Source: Vermamoeba vermiformis (lineage: Eukaryota). Taken from it: DNA of 64,000 bases. The number at the start of each line of letters is the position of its first letter. The stretch's first letter is position 1. The position numbers and the translations under genes are program-made. Positions 22,589 through 35,900 of this stretch are shown piece after piece. A model generated the notes under the pieces. It was not told the DNA's origin, made no database searches, and saw only the letters and a list, made by a program, of their open reading frames with translations. The DNA lies in assembly GCA_045837725.1 (NCBI GenBank), contig JBEWZL010000145.1, positions 62,001-126,000 on the forward strand, read 5' to 3'.

Positions 22589-23317
22589 CTATTGCTCCAG
22601 TTCGTGATGAATTTCACCGTCACTCGTTTGTTCGGTGTTATTAGGACCTGAAGTGTTGTAGGGCCCATCCCACTTTTGTTTAATTTCAAGAGGAGGAAAT
22701 TCTTCTATATTAACTTCATTATTAACATTAATATTGTTAGTTGGTTCCGCGTTGTTATTCGCTTGAGTTGCTTCTTCACGAGCACGTTCTTTGGCTATCA
22801 TAAGTTTTCGCTTCTCTGCTCGGATCTGCGAGATCAATATTACAATAACGGTTATAAATATGCCAATGATAGCCGTGAATAATTGAAGAACAATTGAAGG
22901 AGTGTTCTTGATCTGGTTGTACACGTCATCAATAATTTGGGTTGAAGTTGCTACGTCATCTTCACGGCTCGTTTGACCTCCATTATCATTACCATTATTA
23001 TTGGAATTTTTATTATTGTCAGGATCAGTTTCAGAACCATCAGTATGCCCATCCATGTATTCTTGACACATCTTCGTCTTTTCCTCTCGCTCTTTTTCAA
23101 ATTGTAATTTTTGCTCTTCATTGCACACGTCGTAAAATGTTTTTGTAGCCAAAGTCTTGCCTGGTGGAAGACATCCAGTTTGACAAAGTTCGCAATATTG
23201 CTTGCAAGCTGCTGGCGGATCTCCACCTGAGCAAGCTCGCGAGTAGAGTCCAGGCTCCGCAGTGCTTAATACAAATAGTGTAGATAAAATCACTAGAATG
23301 ACGTGTTGTGCTTGCAT
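22589..23317 (-). CDS. Cassette gene C, copy 2: intronless type I membrane protein with 7-Cys ectodomain and short tail
   Basis: MQAQHVILVILSTLFVLSTA signal, same Cys spacing as copy 1, TM IVLQLFTAIIGIFITVIVILI. Confidence 0.85.
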   Translation of the reverse strand: MQAQHVILVILSTLFVLSTAEPGLYSRACSGGDPPAACKQYCELCQTGCLPPGKTLATKTFYDVCNEEQKLQFEKEREEKTKMCQEYMDGHTDGSETDPDNNKNSNNNGNDNGGQTSREDDVATSTQIIDDVYNQIKNTPSIVLQLFTAIIGIFITVIVILISQIRAEKRKLMIAKERAREEATQANNNAEPTNNINVNNEVNIEEFPPLEIKQKWDGPYNTSGPNNTEQTSDGEIHHELEQ

Positions 23318-23547
23318 GGCGGGAAAAAATAACAAAATAACAAAAATCAATTCAATTTTGGACCACGCATTGTACAATAGGAATATATTCAACGCTTATT
23401 ATGCACCTTCGTATTTGTTCCTAAAAATATGAGCACGCGCCACATTATTGGGTTTCTTTTAGAGGAATTCGCGAAGCGTGGCGAAGAAAGGGCCAAAATC
23501 GGATTTTGGCGTCTTTTTATTCACGTAATAGCTCAAGTACAAACACA

Positions 23548-25862
23548 ATGAAGAGATCAATATCGGAAATCGAGCCTGATAGCGGCCTTGAAGCGAATAA
23601 GAAAGCCAAGATTGCTGATCTAGCGGGAAATGTGGACTTTACTGTAAGTATACTTTCTGTAATAGCATAAATAATGCGTTTGTAATTATTCCAACACCTA
23701 ATGATTTAATTGATTTTTTCTAACGGTATTAACTAACCTTGCGCAGATCGGATTTGAAAATATTCCCCAGGACGTACTAAATGCGATATTGGACCTATTT
23801 GAAGACATGAAAGACATCAAGGCTCTTGGTTTAACCTGCTCGCAGCTCCAAAACAGAACGCGTCCGTTCTGGGAATCAACGGCATCTGCTTTGGTGTCCA
23901 TCCGAGCACAGCCTTATAAATTACATCAAAAGCAGTTCATAAGTCAAAAAGTGGTTGACTTTAAAAAGAAGTATCAGGGTATTATCCCGTTCAAGGTCCT
24001 TGATTTTTCGAACATCGATCCAACCCGATCTGCAACTGATAAGAGGGCTGACGATGAAGAGAATGACGACGAAAGTGGTCAATTTAGCCCTAGCGACGCA
24101 AGGTTTCTTCCATGGGACGGTACTCGCTTTGTTCTTTTGACGTGCAATCGACTTGCAGTGTTCTCGAGCCACGATCCAAAGCCGATCTACCAACAGCAGT
24201 TCAAAGCCACTGCGTTCAACAAGCTAGCTTTATGCTCGAAAAGTATGTCATTAAGTACTTGTCGTACGTATCTAACGCTTGTTTTAGCACGTTCAATTGG
24301 CGCTCTTGTCAGATTGGACAACGGCGCAGGGGCAGAAATTTACATCTTGAACGACACTAACGGCCAAATCTCACTCGCGCACACGATCGAATTGGAGAAG
24401 AGAAAGAAGGGCAAGAAGGAAAAGACGCCGAAGAAGCTTATTGGAGGTCGTGGCAGACCTGCAGCGAGGCATGAAGATGAGGAAGAAAATGACGATCAAG
24501 ATGAAGACGGGGAGGACGATGAAGAGGGCGAAGATGATGTTGACGATGATGAAGAAGACAATGAAGATCAAGATGAAGAAGAGGACTACGACGTACCCAA
24601 GTTCAGACAAACTGGTTATCAAAACTTCGTCTTGGGAGGTCAGTGTAACTATTACTGTCATCACGAGTAGGTCTAATATACCATATTAGACAATTACGCG
24701 ACAGCATCGCAACGGCTCAACATCAAACAGTTCTCAGTGAGCACTGGAAAGCTTGTCAAGACCGTGACTTTCTGCGAGAGTGAAGTGAACGAACAGGTTC
24801 AGTAAGTGACCTCGCTCACACTAATGTCTGGTTACTAATAATGTTGCTTTAGTAACGCTGCTCCAGTCAGATACTTAGAGTTCAGTACAATTGCTCTGTC
24901 TCCTGATGGTGCCAAAGCTTATGCGTGTAAGTCAAACCCTAACCCTAACAATTTTTTTGAATTTTGACCTATTTTCTGTTTAGGGTCTACACAACATTAC
25001 TTTGATGGCGGTCCTTTGTATGAACTCGACATAGCCACGGAGACTTATAGAATATATTTCACTCCGAATTCTGACTACGACAAGTACCCCGACATTGAGT
25101 TTTTGAACGACGGAAAATATCTCAAGATAGAGTCATTAGGTAAATTTAATACTTCAATATAGTACCATATTAGTAGCTCGACGTTAAATTAGCTTCATTT
25201 TTTAAGGCACGAATACTTCGGGCTGGTTCGTTCACAAAAATGAACCGCCTTACCGCGCGATTGGCGGGTTTTCAGAAGATATGTGCGGCGGTACTTTCAT
25301 CGTATCACCTGATGTGTCTAAAGCCTTGTTTCATGGCTATGACCCGACCGTTAAAGTCCTTACGTTTTTTGATCCCCAGCCAAGACCTCTTGGCGTACCG
25401 GAGTTTACTTTGGGAGAAGAAGCAGGTAAATAGTATTAAAATTTATTAAAAATTAAATTACGTATTGCTAACCGAGTCGATAACGGCAGACTGGACTTTT
25501 AAATGGCATCCAACGGACAATTCGATATTCTTCGCTTCGACGGGCGATAAAGTGCAGGTAAGGAATCATTTATTATTAATAATGAACGATAATTTATTAT
25601 TACTTTTGCTAATTATTTTTGGTTTTAGGTTCATCGGTTGAACAAGTACGACAAATTGACGCTAGATCAGCCCTTCTCGAATTCCTATTGGTTCCTTCAA
25701 GATGTTGCTTGTTATGAATCATATGACGGATCCAATAATCAAATCAAATCACCGCACGTGCTATTCCTTTTCATGGATTCGGATCTGCATACGATCGTTT
25801 GGGACCTTTCAGTCGACTTAAACAACCTTAGAGTTGAAGAGGACAAGGTCATGCTAAATTAA
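23548..25862 (+). CDS. F-box-like protein with acidic D/E tract and probable beta-propeller region
   Basis: FENIPQDVLNAILDLF..LGLTCSQLQ..W F-box pattern after exon 1; many GT-AG introns. Confidence 0.65.
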
Positions 25863-26208
25863 TTAGCGCTAGATTTGTTAGGGTTAAATTAAATACTTTT
25901 TTGACACGTCGGGCCGCACTTCAGCCACATCCACAACCGCACCTGTTTGGAACTTTGGAGGCAACAAGGTAATAGAAAGACAGGTAAAGAGAATTTAATG
26001 ATAATTATTGAACTGGAATTGCTCATCCGATAAGTTAATCGGATAATTAGTCGGATCTTTGTGACACGCTGTGACAGCTTTAAGTGCAGAAATTTCGCGA
26101 ACGGTTAATTGTGTTTAACCAATTTTCGAAAATCAAACTTAAACAGAAATACGTTTCAGTGTCATATTTACTTACAATACTATTAGCAGCACTTCTAAAA
26201 CAGGCGTT

Positions 26209-27547
26209 ATGGCCTCAATCTGGATCGCGTTACTTTTCGTTGCATATTTTGTTTCAGCTTCTTGTGGCCAACAATTATCAATCCTGCCCGTAGAATTAGT
26301 GAATTCAGCGGCGGTATCATCTCCGCTATTGTTTATCGACGAGAGTTTGACTCCCGAAGGCAATACGTACGCGGATCTGTTTTGTAATTTCTATGCAATT
26401 GCAAAATTTAAATTAATCGACCTGACTAATATATGCCGTTATACAGGGTTCGTCAAATAACTAAATTGGCCTTTGGTGCTCGGAACGGCAACGCAATAAC
26501 GTTCAATGCGGATGTGACTCGTCCTTCTTCTGCCGTAGAAACAGTCGAACGCTTAGTATTTGATATGAATACTGGGCAGCTTAGTATTGGCGGAGATTAT
26601 CCGTTGTATTCAAGCCCCTCGGATGTAAGAAAAAAAAATTTTAAATCTCTTTTTGAATACCAAATTGTTAATTAATTTCACGTTCTAATCGCAATATAGA
26701 ACCAACTCGCGACTGATTGGTCAATTTCAATTGGCGCTAATCAATCATCTAATGGCGTGCTGACTTCCTCGAGTCTGGATCTCGAACTGGAATTCCCGCT
26801 TTTGAACACTACGAATCAAATCGATAAGGTCTATTACTGGGTATGATTCAATTAGATATCCGATGCTATTTAAGGCGAATCACGTGCTAATGTTTCGTTT
26901 TTTCGATTTTTCAGAGTTCATCGAATCACAGCAAAGTCTACTTTGCCTATTTTGGACGATTTGACACCAGCTTAACAATCATCGATATCGAATCAAAGAG
27001 ACTGTATTCATCGTTAATAACCATTCCTGGATTCAACATCAGTCACGGTTACGATAAGCCAGATCCGGCTAATATCGCCCGGGCTCAAAGGATTGAAATT
27101 TCCTCGGAAGAATATCTGATTGGCTTCGGAGGCTTAGATCTCGTTGGAGGATTCAGTGGAGTCGATTACAGTGTTTATTCAGTGAATGAAACGACCTTGG
27201 ATCCGACCCAGGTTTTGACGCTCAATCAAACTGCGAATCTGCCTGGATTTTGGCCGGTAATTTACAATGATAAGAGACTCGTTACAATAGGCGGGATATA
27301 TTACGAGCAAGCGACAGAAGCAACTTTGAACGTGCACGCGTTTGATCTCTCGAATGGAGTCATGAATTCTCAGAGATTTTTAGCCACTGAGCCGTGGAGA
27401 CTGCACGAGAGATATTTAACAATTGCTATAACTGTACCTGTATGTGTTGTTGGAGGATGCACCGCTATATTTGTGGTGTTGATTACGAGAAGAAGTTGGC
27501 TCAAAAAGAATTCTTGTAACTGCAACAAAAAGGTCCAGAATAAATAA
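26209..27547 (+). CDS. Uncharacterised single-pass membrane glycoprotein
   Basis: Signal peptide MASIWIALLFVAYFVSASCG, several NxS/T sequons, C-terminal TM IAITVPVCVVGGCTAIFVVLI. Confidence 0.75.
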
Positions 27548-27685
27548 TACTACGAGGACCGGGTAATTGACTGGCGTTCTTAGCGGCCGATTTTACAAAT
27601 AAATGAAGTTTTAGCAAGAAATAGGCTGAATTTTGAAGTTTAAATTTTAAGTTCCTTTTAGTATGTACACCATATCAAAACTGTT

Positions 27686-30600
27686 TTAAGCACCTTGTGG
27701 AGCGGATTTAGCGAGGCTCAAGCTTTCGACAAGCGAGATGACTTCGCCCGAGTGTTTGAGGTAACTTTGAGCCTCGATCTGCTTGTGCCCAACACTCACT
27801 AACAGACCATTGTCTTTTGTAGACTATGAAAGGCTACGTTAGTATATGGGATAATATATTGAGGACTATTGTAACCTACGTTCAACGAGACCAAATCGTG
27901 CAAATTTTCAGACAGATCTGCCGTGACATCACCAACATACATGAAGAAATCGAACTCGGACTCATATTCCTCGATGATTTGTTTGGCTATAGTAGCCATA
28001 CTCGGCAGTCTGGGACGGAATTCAATCGCCAAGTGTTTGCGAACCTACGAGGAACAGTGAGACCGGTGATGAAAGTGGCTCTTGTGCACGTGTTTAACGT
28101 ACCATTTCGATTGGGAAATCGGCAATTTGTGAGATGTAGTTTTGAAGCTCTTGTGCTTGGAGTTGACCGAACGAGCGAGGGCAATTGCTTTGAAGAAAAT
28201 AAGGGTCAGGACCTGTTGACATAGACGTACATGAACATGACTTACCGGTACTGCCAAGTGATGTAGACTTCAGTCTGTTCGACGTATGCACCAGGCGTGC
28301 GCTTGGTAAAGTATTCAATGACAGGTTTGATCGTTTTCATCCAGTCTAAGTTCAACTCGGGTGCTACAATGACACGTGTCAGACAGCTACAAAAACAATA
28401 ATGAAGTGTCACTACGTACCAACAGGCTTCCAATCAGTGCCTGGGAACTTCACGAAGAAGCCGTGCTCGGCAAGGAGACCAACGCGCGAGTCACTGGCGA
28501 ACCACTGATCGAGCACTGTCCTGTCACGAGCACTCAAGATGAACACTGTGTTGTGCTCATCGCTTGCTAAGTGGTTCAGATGCTTCATGAAGAGCTTGCC
28601 AAATAAGGTTAACACTTGCTTTCAATCTGGAATAGAGTCAAATGACTTACCGGATTAGCCTCTTTTTTCGAGGGCATCAAGTCGAGCATGTTGTAGTCCA
28701 ACAAGATGAATCTCTTTTTGGTTTTGATGAACGTCTCAACAGTCTTTTCAATGTCCAAGTGAGGAATGGATTCTAACGAGTGCTGAATGCGAGCTGTGTG
28801 TTTCATTTCCTGAAATGGAAATGCGTTAGTCCTCCTTATGCGTGTTATGTAGAATGAATGAGTGAACTTACGGTAACAAAGGACTCGCCCCAGTTCGACG
28901 CAGTGTGCTTAGCGATGAATCTGTAGTTGGACTCGTGTCTTTCACGTCGTTCGTCAGCACTCATGTTCAGAACTGTCCAGTACGCGTCGGCGACTTCTTG
29001 CGTGTCCCAAGGATTGACGCGAATAGTAGAACTCAAGGATTGTGCGGCCTAAACGAAAAAAGTTTTAGTTGGTCGGTACTAGGACTACTCGTAAGGTATT
29101 CTATTTGACAGGTGTCAAGTGTCAAAGTGTCACTGAATACTTACACCTGCAAACTCGCTCAAAATGACGACTCCGTGACGCTTTTGCTGGCAAACAATGT
29201 ACTCTTGACAGACCAAGTTCATTCCGTCACGAATGGATGTGACGACACAAGCATCTGAAATGCTGTACAAGGCAGCGAGTTCAATCGAGTTGACGGATTT
29301 GAACAGGTAATGGATCGGGTTGTGGTGCAAACCTCCGTAGCGGCCATTAACACTACCAACGATTTCTTCAACTTCCTTTTTAAGTTTTTGATATTCAACC
29401 ACGTCTTGTCTGCTCGGTACCGCGATCTGGATCAACACCACACGGTTCTGATATTATCTTAGGTTAGCTTATATTATTATTTATAATAAGGGTGGCACCT
29501 ACTTGAACTTCAGGGTGTTGTTTCAAGAACAATTCAAATGCTCGCAATTTATGAGGCACGCCTTTGATGTAGTCCAAACGATCGACGCCAATGAATACAG
29601 TGCAGCCTTTGAACTTTTCTTCGAGTTCTTTGATCTATTGTTACATAAGTTAATAACGGTTCTATATAATGATGCTATTGTTAGTAACTTACGCGTTCTT
29701 GCACGTCTTGGGAAGGCAACATTGAAACCCATTTGTCGACATCAATACCGACAGGAAATATTCCTACAGGGATTGAATTGCCCTTGTATACGACGTCTCT
29801 TGGTCCTGTTTCCACGCCCAAAATATACGAGCAAGCCTATAATCGCTCAGTTAGTTTTTAGTGTCGAAAAAAGGCCGGATCGGGATCTCGATAATTTAGC
29901 TTTACTATATCGAATTAATATGACTCACCTGCAAGAAATGTCGACTGTAATCGTATGTATGGAATCCAAGCATGCTGCAGTGCAGTAAGGCGATCAATAA
30001 CTCAGCGCGTACTGGCAGAACTTTGTAGATCTCTGAGGCAAGCATTAATACTTTACTATCATACTATCATAATAATAATCGCTATATGGTTGGTTTAATG
30101 ACTATACCTGATGAAGGGAACGGAATATGCAAGAAAAATGAAATTTGCGCGGATGGGACTTTCTCGCGGAAATAACGAGGGAACATCATTAAATGATAGT
30201 CATGTACCTATATAAATTGTTAATTATCCGCCTGAGAGCATCGGAATAGTAATTTCTAATATCCTCTGAGATCTGAATAAATTTTCTTCTTTCAATTTTC
30301 TTAACTAAAGGTCATAATTGCGAATTATTCAGCATATGATGTAATTATGAATAAAGTATGTTATAAATATTAGGAAAAAATACTTTGAGACTTACCCAAA
30401 CGAGATCTCCTTCTTGATAAATTTCTTCTACAACATTAGCGAATTCCTTATTAGCAGTGCAATAAGACTTCCATAATTTAAAGTCGAAATGAGTATCCTT
30501 TTGAATATAGTGGAAAAGAGGCCTATAATGCGAATAAAATTCGTCAGTACACGTCAGATCCAAATTAATAACATTGCTAAGCAATAGTACGAATTGAATA

Positions 30601-31016
30601 ACCGTAAACAATAAATTATTGGGTGCGTTATGATGATACAGCAAGCATGAGATGATTTAAGTGAAAAGAATGCGAGATCCAGCAGTAAATATCAATGCGT
30701 ACCATAAAATTCCGTTTGAGAAGCCATTGTAATGTTCGTCAGCAAGCTTATCGTCCAAGAATACAGGAATACACTTCTCTTGCTCGTATAATTGCTTCTT
30801 GAAATCTTCTTGCTCTTCTTCAGGTATCCAACAACCAGGCCATCCGATCCAAACAAAGGACATTTTGAGACCAGATAGCGCAGCTACTAGACCACCGCTG
30901 CTCATCTTGAACTTCCAACCTTCTTCCGTCTTTTCGACTGATACAGGCAGACGATTGGAGATGACGATCAGTCGCTGATTTTGCTGTTGCATGGCCATTT
31001 CCGTAGAATGTTGCAT
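27686..31016 (-). CDS. TPS1: Trehalose-6-phosphate synthase with C-terminal TPP-like domain
   Basis: RLIVISNRLP, SSGGLV, WIGWPG, HYNGFSN, QIAVPSR, TSIRDGMNLV, LSEFAG, VNPWD, AEHG. Confidence 0.93.
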
Positions 31017-31574
31017 GTTACAGATATTATAATATAAATAATATAGGATTTGTGCGAACACGACCGAAGAAAATAAAACAAGCAGCAAAAATAAGTGAAA
31101 TCTGCTTTAAAAATCAATCGCTGGGCCAAGAAAAAGCTGTCTATCGTGAGATGAGTCACAAAAATACAATGCAATTACAACAACCATTAGTCGTTTAAAT
31201 AATAATTGGCGCAAAAAGGTGGATTAAGCACAAAAAATATTTACCACTAACCGGATGCGGCTACCAGAGCGAATGAAACTCGTGCGGCAGATAAATAGGT
31301 GCGTTCATAATAAAACAATTGAATTTGCAATCGTATCTTCGTGCTTGTACGTTTGATCGATAAGGTAATTAATTAATACAACTGTTGTTGTCGCTTCTTT
31401 GGTCTTCCGTTTGCTTTGTTGGTTCTCTTTTGAGTTAAACAAAGTAGTAGTGGGTTTCGTTTTGGGAGCTAAAACGATGGTATCCGATTGCTGCTTTCGG
31501 GAGATCTCCAGTCGCGTGTAAAAATGTTCTCGAAGGCTGAAAATGAATAGTTCGAATTTATCAAAGAAACACCA

Positions 31575-32810
31575 ATGGCTGCACGTATGTTTTTACATAT
31601 CAATTAAAAATGAATCTTAACCTTGTATTGCGTGATCTAGAAAAAGAAGACTTGGCTGCTATCATGCAGCGAATTAAGCATAAAATCTTAGTACTTTCGG
31701 GCAAAGGTGGTGTAGGAAAGAGTACTGTATCATCACAACTCGCATTCACATTGGCCAAAGCCGGATTCAAAGTAAGCAATTAACCCAGATCCGTTTTGTT
31801 ATTTTCAAAATTACAAAATTAATTATATAAATATTAGGTAGGCATTCTTGATATAGATTTATGCGGTCCTAGCATTCCTAAAATTCTTGGTGTCGACAAC
31901 TCGAGCGTTCACAGCTCAACTTCTGGCAGGCACGCGTTAACTTTTAAATACTTCTATAACAATGGATATTATATATTAATGCAATATTTAATATTAGATG
32001 GATTCCTGTTTTCGCGGATCGCGAGCAACGATTGTCTGTCATGTCGATCGCTTTTCTGTTGGACGATAAAAATACACCTGTCGTTTGGAGAGGTCCTAAA
32101 AAGAATGGTATGTTTAATATAAGTAATTTAAATAGAATTTTATCGAGCACATCTGAGATCAGCATTTTGCACGAAAATAAGAATATTAGAAATTAGATCA
32201 GGCACGCCTGTTGAGCAAATTCATACTAACAAGTTGAACAGCTATTATCAAACAGTTCTTGGAAGATGTTCAATGGGGAGACCTCGATTTCTTGGTCGTT
32301 GACACGCCTCCTGGTACATCCGACGAACATATTTCAATTTGCGAGCTCTTGAATCAGTATAATCCCGATGGTGCAGTTATAGTAACAACCCCTCAGGTAT
32401 AATTACTTTATTTTAATACTCGTATATGTTCTAACCGAAATTCAGGGAGTTTCAATTTCGGATGTACGCAAGGAAATTACTTTTTGCCGAAAGATTGGAT
32501 TGCCAGTTTTAGGATTAGTCGAAAACATGAGTGGTTTTGTATGCCCTCATTGTGCAGTAAGTACCATTGCATTCTATTATAAATGAACAAAACTGATCGA
32601 ATCTGGCAGGAATGTACCAATGTTTTTTCAACGGGAGGAGGTGAAGGCTTGGCTAAAGAGCTTGAAGTAGATTTTATTGGTCGTATTCCGTTAGACCCAC
32701 AAATTATGTCTGCTTGCGAACAAGGCAAGAGTTTTATTGAAGTACACAGCGAATCTACCGCTCTGAAGGCTTTACAAGACTTCGTTGAAAAATACAAGAC
32801 TTCTGCTTAA
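31575..32810 (+). CDS. NUBP2: Cytosolic Fe-S cluster assembly factor NUBP2/Cfd1
   Basis: [52 protein letters not shown]; lacks the N-terminal Cys extension of NUBP1. Confidence 0.88.
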
Positions 32811-32975
32811 AAAGGAAGTCCTCAATTGTAAATACTTAAATTTAGCAATAAAGTCTCTTTGACTCACTAAGATCTTGGATCGGTTTTCAAATCCAAAAAA
32901 GAGGCCAATTTTTCAACAACAAGTAATTATTTTACATGATTTCGTAAGGGTTTGAAACAAAAAATAAATAAGAGC

Positions 32976-35900
32976 TTAATATTCGAGTCCTTCTGTGACT
33001 TTCAACATGAACGCCATCTTCAACATTTCAGCCATTTCACGACGACTGGATGCGCTCTTAAGGAACGGATGCTATTGATTCATACAGTTAGTCTCGGTGT
33101 AATAATAATTTAATAGGAGCACGTACTTGAGAAAGCTCAGCAGCAGTGGCACGTTTGCTCGGATCGAACTCGAAACAACGACCCAAAAAGTCTCGGAAAT
33201 TAGAAGACCATTTCTCAGGCTGTCGTAGGCCTGTAAAACCTTTAGTGGCCGTGTAGAAGATTGCTTTCAACGGATGGAATGAGTAGTTTGGCGGTCGTCC
33301 GTCTGCCATTTCAATTGCAACGCATCCGAGTGACCAAATATCAGCCTACATAGTACTATTAGCATATATCGCCACAAATAAGATAATATTAAACATACCT
33401 TAACACCATATCCGTCACCTCTAATCATTTCAGGGGCTAACCAAAATCGAGATCCAGCGATACCAAACTCGCTGTCATCGTCAGCTTCGTCTAACTCTAC
33501 AGATAAACCCAAGTCGGCTAAATATCATATAATTAGTATTTAGCACCATCTTAAGAGTGATAGGTCAGCGAGATCTGCTTACCAATTTTGACGTCAGCGT
33601 TGACGTTCAACAAAATATTGTCGCTCTTCAAGTCACGATGAATTCGCTTTCTCTCGTGCAAATAGTTCACGGCGCTGATGATATCTCGCAGGACAAACGC
33701 GATGTGGTTCTCGTTCAATTGGACTCGGAGCAAGTCCTTCAAAGTACCGCCATCGCAGTACTCCATCACGGTCCAAATTTGCTCTTTGTAAGTGTAGCTG
33801 CCAAGATGCTTGACAATGTTAGGATGTTGACACGAGTTCAGTAATCGAATCTCATTAGCAATAAGATTGATATTGGCCTTCGATTTTTTCTTCGGATCTT
33901 TTTCTTTGTCTTTATCGCTGTTCAACGTGGCTACTTTAATAGCGACTCGCTTGTTCTTCTCAGCCTTATTTAAACTCTTGCCAATATGCACAGTAGCAAA
34001 TGCACTTAAAGTTAATATTAATAACGTTTAAAGAGCAAAAGTATTTCCGTTGGATCTTACCCTTTGCCGATCTTGTGCGAGATTGAATAGAAATCTTTAG
34101 GATTCGCCTTGATAAATATTTGATCTAATAAATTCAATAATTAATAATCATGAAAACAAAATTTTGAAAGAATTAGACTTACTTAATTCTTCTTCGGTCA
34201 AAGTGATGGATGTGCTTCGCTTTTTCTTGCCAGTGCCGGTACTCGTTCCAACTGACGTGGTCTTGCTATTGCTATTATTAGACAGCACACCAGTGTTAGC
34301 GTCGTTCTGGCTTTTCGTTGTATCTACAGGCTCTCCATTGACCAACGTAGTAGGTGCCTTCTCAACCTTGTTCGGCACTTGTCCTTCAGATCTTCTGCGA
34401 GATTTCTCTTCTTTGGCTTTTTCCGCTTTACTATCCAACGGACTGGTCTCGGGGATCGCGGTCAACTTTGACTTTTGATCATCGCCTAAGCGTACTCTAT
34501 CAGGTGTTTTGCTGCGGGATTTTTCCTTGTCTTTATCTTTCTTCGAAGAGTTTGATATTGATCGTTTTTTATGTTTCTTTTCTGGTGCTGGTGAGCTTGG
34601 TGTGGATTTACTGCCATTTTTGGGATCTTCAATGACCAATACTTTATCTGTAATAATATCAACTTCCATATTCTTACTGCTTCTCTTACGTTTGGATTTA
34701 TCCTTGATTTTTTCAGACGAAGAAGTTCTGACTGGCTGATCGGATCCGACTGAAGCCGTTTTATCTCCTTTAGGAGATTCTCTCGGCGACCCTTCTTTAG
34801 GCGTATTATTCGCAGTGCCTTTGTCTTCATTTGCAGTCGGTGCTGCAGCATTTGCAATAGTTTCTCCTGCTGTTTCTACGGAGCTATTTGATGCAATCAG
34901 CGAGGGAGGTTTATTGGACTCGTCTTTCTTCTTTTCTTCGCTGCCGCTGTGAGCCTTCTCGCTTGAAGTACTTGCTTTAAGTTCTAATTGACTTGATGAA
35001 TCCTTACGACTGCTGTCATCCATTTTAATCGAATCTACTGCCGGATCGGGCTTCTTTTCATTTTTGATCTTGCCATCACTGCTTGATTTTGCTACTGAAT
35101 CGACTATTTCGATCTTAATCATATCTTCTCTATTTTTAACATCTCGTTCTTTCAATGCTGAAACACTTCTCTTGTTACGCGTCACCTTTTTCAATTCGGC
35201 GTCTAATCAAAAAATAAGTATCAGCCTCCAAAAATAGCTTTCGAATAATAATAAATTGTGTAGCGTATCTTTCGTTCAAGTTGAGGAATTCAAACTAATT
35301 TCAATTTCGAAATATTGATTGGTATGACGGCTGACACAATTTTAAATTAGACTTCAAAAATGCCAGATCCCCCAAGGTAGATCAGCTGCTTTTGTTCGTT
35401 TACGCAGTATGAATCAAATATCAAGCTTACCTTCGGCATTTACTTCTTTACCCTCGCGCCTAAAAACGGATCCGTCAGTTGCAATGATTAATAACAGAAT
35501 CAAGTTTAAATTTGCTGAGTTCATAACTTTAAAAGCTTAATCGAAAAAATTACTCAAAGAATTGATTACAAATGAAACTTACGCAGCTTTGGCACTTGAC
35601 TTTGCACGTTTTCGATCGGCTGCTTTTAGATCTGAAGCGGCATCTTTTTCGCTGCTTGATCGGTCTCTCTTAGGCTTAGTCAAGCTATTTTGCTCCTCAT
35701 CATTTTCTTTTCTATCTTCGGCATTTGTGGCATTGCCCTCCAAACCAGCTTTGTCGGATTCCGACGGGAAAATTGCAGGACAGGTTCCACTGCGCTTTCT
35801 TGTTAAGCTCGGCCTATTACTAGGATCAAGAGTACGTTGTGGAGTTGCAGCAGAAGTAGCGGCAGCTGCGGATTCAGCTTGCAACTGACTACGTTTCTTC

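Larger units (their letters stand above)
13886..23317. repeat. Tandem duplication of a three-gene cassette (copy 1 13886-18782, copy 2 19034-23317)
   Basis: Same gene order, orientation and intron positions; paired proteins are clearly homologous. Confidence 0.95.

Noticed and set aside
24934-24948. AAACCCTAACCCTAA telomere-like repeat in an intron
   Set aside because: Only about two units; too short to call an interstitial telomere or regulatory telo-box.
31930-31997. Possible GC-AG intron in NUBP2
   Set aside because: An in-phase GT donor at 31936 explains the splice equally well; needs RNA-seq.
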